A stretch of DNA of 64,000 nucleotides from Chrysomallon squamiferum. Taxonomy: Eukaryota; Animalia; Mollusca. The notes below the pieces were generated by a model, which was not told where the DNA came from, ran no database searches, and saw nothing but the letters and a program-made list of their open reading frames with translations. This document shows, in pieces, positions 1 through 11,677 of the stretch. Location: assembly GCA_012295275.1 (NCBI GenBank), contig CM022671.1:12462001-12526000 (forward strand). The letters run 5' to 3'. The translations under genes and the position numbers were made by a program. How positions within the stretch are numbered: the first letter of the stretch is position 1; each line of letters begins with the position of its first letter.

Positions 1-430
1 TGATGGAATATCAGTCAATGATGAAATTCTCTCACAAGTCAACCCATTGTTTATCATCAACAACAAAACTAATGTCAAGTAGGTGTCATTAGTCTACATG
101 CTTAATAATTTCTTTTCAGTTTGATTTTTATATTGTGTAATCATTACACTGTAATGTGTGTTTGACAAAATTACATAAAAAATACACACATACACACACA
201 CACATACACATACACATACATATATATATATATAAATATATAGATCATATGAATTGTTTTAAATTAAAAATATCTATTACCAATATCAATCATTTTTTTT
301 AATGTATATTAATATTTATTTTGTTTTGTTTTCCAGACTTACTGCATCTGTAGCAGATCCACGCATACGGCGACCTGCCCCACAGACAGTTATAGAAGCA
401 GCACATGTTGTTAAATATATATTACCATGA
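1..430 (+). CDS. 3' end (last two coding exons, <1-78 and 337-430) of an unidentified protein-coding gene
   Basis: Donor AA|GTAGGT after 78; polypyrimidine tract plus TTCCAG| acceptor before 337. The phase-2 join reads ...DGISVNDEILSQVNPLFIINNKTNVKLTASVADPRIRRPAPQTVIEAAHVVKYILP* (TGA 428-430). AATAAA at 505-510. A phase-1 reading (...MSNLLHL*) is also open. Family not recognised. Confidence 0.6.
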
Positions 431-1008
431 TCCTATTGAAAACATATTTATCACTGATAAATGATTTTTAAGATTTTAATTTATTTTTCTCAAGTTCCTG
501 ACGTAATAAATTTAATATGTTTATTTTTATATTTGAAAATGTTTTCATGTAATTATAAATTTTGAAAAAGAATCGTAGGAATTTCAGTGCCAGATAATGG
601 ATATATATATCTAGAAAATGAAACAAGAGTATTTTTGCTATTGTTTTAAAGAGTATCTTTAATAATAGAAATAATAATAATCATTTTGTTTTTGATATTT
701 CTAAATGATTGCTATATTTGTCCAAATAACTATTTTATGTTAATTATAAAAGATTACAGTAAAGTACCTGACATTCCGAGAAGAGATTTTATTGTGACCT
801 TATTTCTTAAGGAAATGTAGAAAAATATATATGAAACTAATGATATAGCAATTTTGCAAAATTTGCTCAGTCTGTCAAGATTTCGCTTTTTAAGTTTTCT
901 CTGTATGAAATGACGTCATGATAAAAGCTAAAATAATTGTCACCAAGCATCTAAGATGTAATTATTTTATTATCATGCATTGTTATCATCAGCAGACAGT
1001 AATACAGT

Positions 1009-1115
1009 TATCTACATTTAAGTTTTTTGTATAAGCTTTCACAAATACTCTGTTCTTGTACTTCTGTACATTATGGCTAATGCTTCATGTCATTTCAAAA
1101 CAAGTGATTCGGTAA
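1009..1115 (+). repeat. Left arm of a ~105-bp near-perfect inverted repeat (partner 4356-4460)
   Basis: tatctacatttaagttttttgtataagctttcacaaatactctgttcttgtacttctgtacattatggctaatgcttcatgtcatttcaaaacaagtgattcggtaa matches the reverse complement of 4356-4460 with only a few differences (aligned by eye). Confidence 0.9.
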
Positions 1116-3214
1116 CTGAATTATTTCTTTTTGTGGTGCAGTGTAATCTTCTGCATTAATAACTCAGTTGTTAAAAAATAGTAATATTTAATGTTGGTCA
1201 ATGTGAACAGAAAACAAAAATATGTATTTGAATTTGTGAACATAAATAAAAATTGAATACCATTAGTATTGCATTTTTGGTTATCATTATAGACAAAAAA
1301 AAAGAAGATAAAAAACAACAACATCAAACAACCCAACCCCACCAAAAAACAACAACAAAATATATAAATAAACAAACAAATAAAATACCCACATACTGTG
1401 TATGTTTACGTTCATTGCTGTTAAAATATACAGGTATTATGGGCTGACATGGTAAGTAACTTGTATTAAGTATATTTTAGTAGATACTTATATGATGCTG
1501 AATACTAAGGGGGGGGGAGTCAGTGGGCTACTCTGAAATTGACAGCTAGCATTGTATCTTTTGCACGAACGTTTTTATTAGTGAGTACAGTCATAATATG
1601 TTTTGATAAAAACATGGGGAACTTGTTAGGAGATTTTGAAATGAGTAAAATGTAGAATCAACTGGTTTATATATTTAATTAACCCAGCGATCAGTGACTG
1701 AAACATATGGTATTCATTCAGTTTAGGTTTTACTCGGTATCTTTCTACGGTTTCTTATTTTACTTCTAGTGCTAATATGAAAGACTAAAATCTGCAAGAT
1801 ATGTACTATCTGGTAGTTGTTAATAAAGGGGTTTATTTTAATACATTTTTCAAGAATTCCCATCGTGGCAATATCAAGAAATTTCTTCTGATAATGTATG
1901 CCAAGACTGATTTCAAATCGTTTGAGTTTATTTGTAGCGATGGAAAAAGGGGTTTCGCAGGGTTGTGAACAGCATTTCCCTACTTTTTAATTTCAATTTT
2001 ATGTATTAGTATGGAGTTAGATACTTTTATTAGCTGTCTTCTCCATGTTTCTTGCAGTTTCAGATTAATTTGTTTATTGTATGTAATTATAGTTGCATAT
2101 TTATTATGATCTCATAAGCAACATATGTATTAAGTTAAATAATTCGGTCTTTCTTTAGTGAATTAATAACTTTGCAGCAGAACGTGAATGGTGGCAGCCT
2201 AACTAGATCCCTAATATGGACGTATTACAGTAAAAACACACATTTTACTCATATTACAGTACTCAACTGCTTCACTTGCCATATCTATAAAAAATTAATA
2301 AAACAACATTTCTTAACCATCTTATGATAACAAGAGTGCACTTGCAAAACTGTAAACTGTTTATGTGTCATAATTAATTTTAAAACCGCCCCATACAAAA
2401 ATGATAATAAAAACAAAATATATTCTACAAATTATAAAATGCTAGAAAATTTAACCTTTTTAATTTTTATTTTCTATGTAAAGCGCTTTAGATGAATTGG
2501 AAAGAATATTTACAGTGCTTTAATTTAAAATAATATAGAACTTCTAAAGGTATATGGAACAAATATCTGATGGCCACCAAAAAGACACAAATACATCAAT
2601 GAACTTCGGGCTCTTCAGACGTCGAAGTGATACAAAAACCAGACTGGATCTGTTCGCCAATTATCATATGTGTATATCGGTACATTCACGGTACATAAAA
2701 ATCCGTTGTCTATTTGAGTAACTATACCAACTGTTTACTTGTTTTTCTAGAATTAGAAATTGTCTGAATTAGGGTGGGTTATAAATAATTCAATACTTTT
2801 TCTATTATCTGTCATCAATAAAAAAAATTGCATTTTTAGTTCACAGATTTTTTATTTTTCCCGGGACGGTTTAGTAACGTCTGATGCACTCAGCCCTATG
2901 GATCTTAGCGTGCTCATTTCCATCACGTCATGTTACATAACTACACTGAAACATAACATGAGTAAGATAAAAACACGTTAAAATTTATGGAATTTGGATC
3001 GATCAGACATTATACGTTTATGACCAGCTATCCGTTTAAAAAATAAAATAAAATAAATAAATAAATAAATAATAATAATTTAACGTTTAGAAAATTTATA
3101 TGCCACCGACGTTAGCGTCGTATCATGTGTGTTTTTAATATTATTGTTCTAGTTCTAGACATTATTTTGCGTTTTAATATACTAAAAATTTCAAACCCAG
3201 CATTTTAAACTGGT

Positions 3215-3338
3215 TTATGTTATACATACACAAAACAAAATACATTTTTATATAACAAATATTTATTTCCATACACACAAATTATGTATATCGGTAATTA
3301 CAAACAGTGATCTCTCATACCAGTCACAAGCATAAAGT
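3215..3338 (-). other. Non-coding terminal (3'UTR) exon of the micro-exon gene with poly(A) signal
   Basis: Long T tract plus ACAG| acceptor at 3341-3339; AATAAA on the minus strand at 3267-3262. The preceding stop-containing exon 3779-3756 ends in a GG|GTAATA donor. Confidence 0.65.
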
Positions 3339-3774
3339 CTGTAAAAAAAAAAAATAAAAAAAAAATGAAAAAAAAATAAAATAATAATAATAATAATAAA
3401 TAACTAAATAAACATATAAGAAAAAATACATAGACAGAAATATTATTTAACTGAATGCTATATGTCAGAATATTAAAAAAGTCTGAAAAAAAAAACTAAA
3501 TGAAAGAAAAACAAAAACAAACCAATAAATAAATAAAAGAAACAGAAAATAAAGAAAAAAAGAGAAGAAAATAAGCATGATGCATAAAATTTTAAGATAA
3601 ACAACCATAACAACAAGAAAAAAAGTAAAAAAAAGTAGAAAAAAACAAGAAGCAATAAATAAATAAATAAACAAACAAATAATAAAAATCATCAATAAAG
3701 AACACGTTTCTGATAGATATGTAGATACAAGAAGTAAGTGATTTTAACATATTACCCTTTTAATAATTCCTAGT

Positions 3775-6700
3775 TCAGCCTGTAAATAAAATAAAAAAAT
3801 AATAATGTAAATCAAATTTATACAGAAATAAATTATTATTAGCATTTTAATACAACACAGTCTAATTAGGCAAATTTGCAGGTATCCAAAAATTTAAAAC
3901 CTATAAATTATTATTTTTTATAAAATAGGTTAAAGATAAAAATACTAAACTGCATAGATAAATTTGCCAATATTACAAAGTCTGTTATGGTGTTACGTAT
4001 TTATTATTATATAGTTTTTGTATGTTAGTCTTGTTTCTAATTACGATACGAGTGCATAAGTTCTGCCAGCTAATTGACAACTGTTATCAGCAGCAAGTAG
4101 CCTTTTAAATGCACCTTCTCATTAACGGAATAGCACAGCTGTGTAACGTCATGTGGAACTCATTTGAACTAAATATAAACTGATAGAGGACCGCAAAAGT
4201 CAAAGAACATACTTACCAATAATATCAGATGCATCATACGTCGGGACAAGTCGGTTACCAACAATAGTAAGATCTGCAGAATCCACTGTTGTAAATAAAT
4301 AATATATATATATATATATATATAATAAAATGACATAAAATCCTCTCAAATATATTTACCGAATCACTTGTTTTCAAATGACATGAAGCATTAGCCATAA
4401 TGTACAGAAGTACAAGAACAGAGTACTTGTGAAAGCTTATAAAAAACTTAAATGTAGATATATATTCTTATTTTGCTGATATAATAATAATAATAGTAAT
4501 GGAATATATTCTATATTGGTGAACAGAAATCTGCAAATCTCTTAAATGTTAGAAATAAAAATAATCTAGTTACTTACATCCAATTGGCATCATGCCACCA
4601 ACTGAAAGTTAATAAATAATTCATTAGTAATTGAAAAAGAAGATTTGCGCTAAGAAACGTTTTCATAAAACTACTAAACCTTATAATTTAAAAAATGTCA
4701 AAAATAAGTTTAAAAAACCTAAGCATCCAAAACCCCCAAAGATATTCAAAATAAATTTCAAAATTATAATGAATCAGCAAAAGCCGACTAAATAAATATA
4801 AGTTATTAAGTAAAGCAATGTATCGCCCATACATTTTATTTTCTATTTCTTTCTTTATTTATTTAATTACTACAATATTTTGTTGTTCTTAAAGTATTAT
4901 TTTTTGTTTTGTTTTCATATAGTTTGTATGCTTGTATTAGAGATCAATGTTTGTAATTACAGGTATACACATTTTATGTGTTAGCAAATAAATATTTGTT
5001 ACTTTAAAAACATGCATTTTGTTTAACGTTTATATGATATAAATACATTAACTCGGCACCCGAGCATTTATATATTATACATATCTGAGTATGTATGTGT
5101 AAAGAAATGTTAATCAGTATTAACTGTATTATAAATAGGTTTACTCACCAGATGGATAAAAGAATGCATCTGGAGCATCTGGAAAATAATTTGTATGAGT
5201 GAATGCGTGAAAATAAATGTGCTACTTAGAGCAAGCAGTTGTGAAGCAATCATGCTCTCTCACAAAGTCAAGGTTTGTATTTACAAGATTTTCATTTACA
5301 TCTAAGCCATCATTTTTAAACAAATAAAGAGGAAGGTATGTGATAACTGATTAATTAAAATTCCGAAGGCAACACCTTTTTATACTAACAGTTATTTGGT
5401 GTCAAGCACACGTTTTTCAGAAATGACAAATGACAAACGTTGCAGCCATTCCAAACTGTTCTCTTAGCTATTAGTATTTATCTATTACTCGAGAAATCAT
5501 ATAATACCAATCTGTGAATTACTTTCAAAGGATATACTGATTAGGAAAGTAACCAAACGGAAGAATTAAAAGCACCTATCATTCACTGAGATACAGCAGG
5601 TTTACCAATGTAAAGATAAGAAAGTCAGGATATACTTAAATATGTTGATGTTTATGAATATGTATAGTTATCTGCCTCACTTTCTGTTACTGTGCTTTGC
5701 ATGAATACCTATCTACTTTCATGCATTTATATTTGTGTGTGTGTATGTGTGTGTGCGTGTGTGTGTATACGTATTCAAAAACCAAAACGTATGATACTTA
5801 CCACCAATAAAGAAAGTTTGTTCTGAAGAAAAAGAAAATTTAAATAAGTAAGTAAATAAATAAATAAAGAAGAAGAAGAAGAAAGAACAGTGTGACATTT
5901 CCAAACTATAATATGATTTCAGTAACAACAACTAGTATCAACTGTTTTAAATTACATAAACTTCATCTCACTTTTCCAGAATATTTTCATCTTTTGCATA
6001 AGACATAAACAATTTCAAAACTGAAAAGCTCTGAGTTATATATATATATATATATATATGACAATGAATAATATAATCTACATTTTATACATGACACTGA
6101 CAGTCTAAATAATGAGAACTAATTATGTAAGATGAGGACACTGTAAAGACTGAGAACTAATTATAACAATGTTTTACATATGACACTGACAGTCTAAATA
6201 ATGAGAACTAATTATGTAAGATGAGGACACTGTAAAGACTGAGAACTAATTATAACAATGTTTTACACATGACACTGACAGTCTAAATAATGAGAACTAA
6301 TTATGTAAGATGAGGACACTGTAAAGACTGAGAACTAATTATAACAATGTTTTACGTATGACACTGATAGCTAAATAGAACAATATTTTACATAAAACGT
6401 TTACGTTATAAAGAGAGAACCAATATTAACAATTAATATTTAAAGACTGAAAACTAATTAAAACTTATGTTACTAAATAAAAAACTAAAAAAAACTATAA
6501 AAAAATGAAATTCTAAATATAAGACTTTATTAAACTGAAAAAATAATAAAAACATAAAATGCTCATAATGTAAAGACTGATAATTAATTAAGCACTATGT
6601 TTTACATAATAAGAAGCCGATGAAGTAACAGTTTAAAACCAATTAGAACTAATTTTTACATAAGATCTTTAAACATTGAGAACTAACAAGAATTATATTT

Positions 6701-7293
6701 TACATAAGACCTTGACAATGTAAAAACTGAGAATAATTACAACTTTATTTGATATTGTAAACACTTAAAATGAATTAGACTAAGCACGATAAGACGCCGA
6801 CAGTGTAAACACCGAGAACTAATTAGAACTTGGTTTTACATAAGATATTAACAATATAATGAGAACTAACAGATCTATGTTTTATATATTTGACGTTGAA
6901 AATGTGAAAATTTGAGAACTTAAAGAAAAAACAAAACAAAAAACTGATAATAATAACATACGTCTGGGAGCCATTCTTCGTGTCGTTCGTGTAGGTGCAG
7001 CTGACGGGTGTCTGCTGATGGTGGCGCTGGGAACATTACTGGTGTAACGTAGACCTCCTCCTAGCCCTCCAACTCTGTCAATGAGACCACCTCCAAGACC
7101 CAGACCTGCAAGACCTCCAAGTCCGCCAAGCAAACCTCCACCAGGGTAATATGCTATATCTGGCATATCTGTGACAAGTAAGTAAATACATAACTAAATG
7201 AATAATTAAAATAAAATAAATTTTGGGATACGTCATTGTTAGAGTTATGTTTGACTTTTAAGATTATTATTACTATTATTATTATTATTATTA

Positions 7294-7332
<39 letters not shown>

Positions 7333-7833
7333 ATTTTGATAATTTTGAGTTGTTATAGTGTGTATTTGAGTTTCACTATTTGTAAAATTAATCAAAGAGT
7401 AAACTATTTGTATAATAAGAAAAGTTTGAATACTTACCTCCAAAACCTATAAGTCCACCACCACCAAGATCTGAAAAATTTAGAAAAAAAAATGAAGACT
7501 TAAATTTTGTTTAGCAAACTAATTGGACTATTTTTATGTGTCATGAACATCCGCATATTTTTGCACGTCGAGTGAGGTCCTGGTCCAAACACTTGTCTTT
7601 TTTGTCTTTGTTTTACGATAATGGATGCGGATCTCCCTAGAGGTGTATTTAGTCGAATGCAGTATTTCTTTCACAGTTGTATACAAATTATTTCATAAAA
7701 TAAACATATTGAACAAAATTTATAAAGGAAATAACTTTTATTTTAACAATATGAAAATTATTATTATAACATGCTTACATAAAGAGGAAGCCATGACAGG
7801 CAAAAGGCAAAGCACTGTAATGAAGCTGTTCAT
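3775..7833 (-). CDS. Small secreted Gly/Leu-rich protein (147 aa) encoded by a micro-exon gene
   Basis: Coding exons (minus): 7833-7779, 7470-7438 (33 nt), 7168-6962 (207), 5822-5802 (21), 5178-5149 (30), 4601-4578 (24), 4285-4217 (69), 3779-3775 (stop TGA 3777-3775). All introns are GT-AG and phase 1; every internal exon is a multiple of 3. Translation: MNSFITVLCLLPVMASSL YLGGGGLIGFG DMPDIAYYPGGGLLGGLGGLAGLGLGGGLIDRVGGLGGGLRYTSNVPSATISRHPSAAPTRTTRRMAPR QQTFFIG DAPDAFFYPS VGGMMPIG LDSADLTIVGNRLVPTYDASDII G*. Signal-peptide-like N-terminus. Confidence 0.8.
4356..4460 (-). repeat. Right arm of the inverted repeat (partner 1009-1115), inside an intron of the micro-exon gene
   Basis: Reverse-complement match to 1009-1115; lies between exons 4601-4578 and 4285-4217. 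Confidence 0.9.
4921..5043 (+). repeat. Inverted, diverged copy of the micro-exon gene's terminal 3'UTR exon
   Basis: Aligns to the reverse complement of 3340-3215 (shared blocks tatgcttg, agagatcaNtgtttgtaattac, aaataaatatttgtta, attttgttt). Retains the T-rich tract, AG at 4921-4922 and AATAAA at 4987-4992. Confidence 0.8.
6083..6880. repeat. Intronic minisatellite, 89-bp unit (about 3.2 near-perfect copies, then degenerate ~44-bp subunits)
   Basis: atgacactga recurs at 6091, 6180, 6269 and 6358. The core gagaactaatta occurs twice per unit and continues in decayed form to about 6870. Confidence 0.9.
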
Positions 7834-8589
7834 ACTGAATTATCCCTGAAACATAAAATAAAATACACATGTATATATGATGTATATTTGTATGGTATGT
7901 GTGGTGCTTGCTTGTACGTGTTTGCTTGCGTGTGTGACTACATGCATGCATGCGTATGTATATGTATATGAATATATGTTAGAGATATAAATGAGTTTTG
8001 AAAGGGTTTTTCAAGGCAATATCTGTTACATGTTTTCACGTCTAAACTGTGATGAATATAGTCAGCGATAGTTTACATTTAGAATTATGGCAAATGTGCA
8101 TCGCTAGCTGATTGGAACTGGTAGTTGGACTAAAAAGCCCTCTCTATTTTGTACATTTTCAATTGGTTAAACATGTTCAAATTTAGAATCCGTAATCATC
8201 ACTGGATCAGTACAACGAAATTCCAGATTAATGTGTAAGAGGATCAATTTACTGACGACACCAGTAAAGCTTAGCTTTTAAAACTTAAAAACAAGTACAG
8301 GTAAGTAGTCTCCAAAACGAAATGTAAATACATTTTACTGTAAAGAAACAGAAAAAAAAAAAAAAAAAAAAAAAAAAAGAAAACAAACAACAATAGAAAA
8401 ACACCACCCCAAACCCCAAAACCCCCTCTAAAGATCAACAAAACAAAAAACTATGATGATAGTAACTGTACCTTCATAATGACAAGGCATGTAAAATATC
8501 AGCCTTCAGCTTAAGAAAATTAAAATAACTAAATTAATAATAAAATAAAATAAAATAAAACACATTTCTTAACAATGTCCTATACTCAC

Positions 8590-8661
8590 AAGATTTCCTG
8601 ACAGTGTCGGGTGAAGAAAAGAACTGTGAATGGACTCTGGTCAGTTGTCCACCTGTTTATA
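8590..8661 (-). promoter_or_regulatory. TATA box, initiator and non-coding exon 1 of the micro-exon gene
   Basis: TATAAA at 8661-8656 (minus); Inr-like CCATTC with its A at 8631, exactly 30 nt downstream; GTGAGT donor at 8589. The next acceptor, TTTCAG| at 7848-7846, precedes the ATG at 7833. Confidence 0.7.
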
Positions 8662-8901
8662 TGACCAGTCGGAGGTCAACAAATCACCCTGGTTGTCGTC
8701 AGATATCACGTGTTTGTTTGATGTTATAATGACCAGTGTCAGTCATATTTCTCATATGTCATAGATTAGTTTATGGTTCCACGACTTACAAGTTTTCTTA
8801 ACAAAAAGGGTTTGGTCTGTTCTGGTCCAGGGGTGTGCTACTTACAAGACTGGAAAGGGGCTGTAGCTCAGAATAAAGTCACAAGGAATCTTATTTTGTT
8901 T

Positions 8902-8940
<39 letters not shown>

Positions 8941-9970
8941 ACAAATTATTTCTGTATATGTGTGTATTAGTATGCACACACGTGTCAACGTTATATAAAA
9001 ACAAAATAATAAATAATTTAAATCAAACGTTTATTTCACGTCTAATAACTATCAAAATGTTGCAGTATTTAATTAATAAAATTAAATATATATTCATTCA
9101 GTTTTTCATTTTGTTTTCATCCTTCTTAAACCCCTCCAAAACCGCCACTCTCAAACGCCAGTGAAGCCAAGTTCAGCCATGAATTGTCTCAGATTAGTTT
9201 CTGACGATCTTGCAGTAGGACTGAACTACGTAATATACGTCGCAACTAGTGACAGTGAAATATAATGGACATACGGATCACAGATGCCGCTCTGTGTTCA
9301 TGTCTGTTATGAACTATGTTTAGTCCGAATATACCCAACCACGATTTCCTATTACGTCACGTTACTGACGTAATGAGGTTTTTATAATAATAATAGGTTA
9401 AGCATTAAAAATTAAATGCAGTTTCTTGTTATAAAAATCAAAAATAATTTATATTATATTAAAATATAATCCAGTTGTAACAATGATTACATTAAAATAT
9501 TAAAAATTGTGATAATGATGGTATATATATATATATATATATTATTATTATTATTATAACAACGATTATAATAATAATAATAATAACACCACCACCAGCA
9601 ACAATAACAACAATAAGAAAAATAAATATGTTTCAATCATAATTTTCGACATATTACGTTGTTTTTTTTTGTTTTTTTTGACGATTTAGATTGTAAACTT
9701 ATAATATTGTATAAATGAAAATGTGAAATAATTGTTCATTATCTCGACTATATTTATGTACATTATTGAATGAACTCTCGTATTATATCATTAAACTACT
9801 GATTTATGTTTGAGTCGCATTTATAAACATCTGCTGTTACACAGCAGTGACAGGTGTGACTAATTGATGTTACATAAAACATCTAACAAGACGGAGGAGA
9901 CTCACGATAAACTCCGCCCACTCCTCTGTTATTTTCCCTATTTCAAATATAATAAAGCTAATTGTTATAC

Positions 9971-10077
<107 letters not shown>

Positions 10078-10843
10078 CACACTAATGAACTCACTTGAAG
10101 AAGGAAAGTCTATACGTTTACTATACTTTCAAGAGATAGTTTTATTTGTTTCCTTAGACCAGTGTTTGGTAATAATAAAAGTAAAAACTCAAGAAGATGT
10201 TACTGTTTTTCTTTTATAAATTACGTCATTTTGTATATAAATATTACAACCAAGAATACAGTTTTGCAGAATATACTCTTTTGGAGACTTTGTCCTTGCA
10301 TGTCCGACTAGTTACTTTGTTACAACATGTCTTGTATTTTGGCTATCAATTCCTATAATGTAGTATTCTTTAAAGGATTCTTTTTATGTCTTTTTCAATT
10401 TTCTTTCACGTACAAGCGTAGGCATACATAAATACATACATATATAAACACACACACATACACAAATGCACACAAAAACACAAAAACTAACAAAAAAAAT
10501 AAGTTCTCTTTCTTACTGAATAGAAGTCGTTTAGTTGGTTTTTATGAAACTAAGATTGATTAGTCTCGTTATTTACGGTGAAGAGAAATGATTAATCAGA
10601 TAAAAGTTCAGAATGGAAGTGTCAAGTTGTCTGTTTCTATCCACTGTCCCACTTTTATTATGAATATATTGCTAGATCTTCAATAAATATTCAGTTGTCA
10701 GTTTTTAGCAACTATTTAAAAATCATGTTTTCACACGGTTTCTTAGCCGTGTCCATTTAATAAGTATTTGAAGAAGTTTGAATGATTATTTTCAGAAATA
10801 TATCGCATACGTTAATAATTTTAAGATGCGGGTCTTTCTTTTT

Positions 10844-10945
<102 letters not shown>

Positions 10946-11288
10946 ATACTGTCATAATAATATATTGATACATTTCCAAGCCGAACTTATAACAGAATAC
11001 AATCTCATTGTTACCAATGAAAAGTTTTTGCTCTTAAATGAAATTTGAAAGCGGGTTTTAAAACTTATTGTAAATTTATCTTATAAAATTATAATATTAA
11101 CAGATCACTGTAAATTTGTCAATAATATTCTCATTGTCCTTCAGTTTTATAATAATTTTGTATTCACATTTTATTTTTATTATTTTATTTTTTTCATTTC
11201 TTTATTTTTTTTTTTTTTGTATTTATTCATCGGTTAACTTAACAATTAACAACTGAAATCTGCGAGTTTGCTAGCATGCCTTCCACTG

Positions 11289-11588
11289 TTAGTCTATGAT
11301 TGGCATACCTGAAAATAGGCAGCAAAAATACATCAAGAAAACAATAACATTACAGTAAATATATACACATACAAACACTTTCTACTGAAAGTTCTTAATA
11401 TTAATTATGAGTGGAAAACTTAAAATTTCACTTGCCTCTGACAAATATTAATTGATGTGGTACATTTTTTAACAAAATTTTAAGTACTGTAGATGAAGCA
11501 TTTCATAAACAGACAATAATTTTCAGTACATATCATGGCATTATGTAAATGTGTGAATGTGTGTGTGTGTGTGTATTTCTGTCTGTCT

Positions 11589-11677
<89 letters not shown>

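Noticed and set aside
337-414. Defensin-like reading TYCICSRSTHTATCPTDSYRSSTCC* of the exon at 337
   Set aside because: Needs a phase-0 intron, but that frame of the upstream exon (1-78) has stops at 1-3 and 19-21; the phase-2 reading is open.
2051-2145. Possible third copy of the 3'UTR exon after the acceptor cttgcag|
   Set aside because: Similarity is weak for AT-rich DNA and there is no intact AATAAA at the equivalent position.
1121-3695. Phe/Leu-rich membrane-like ORFs (1121-1375, 3465-3695, also 14162-14410)
   Set aside because: Reverse complements of A-rich low-complexity DNA.
6083-6370. CRISPR-like appearance of the regularly spaced repeat
   Set aside because: Intervening sequences are identical rather than unique spacers; eukaryotic intron; no cas genes.
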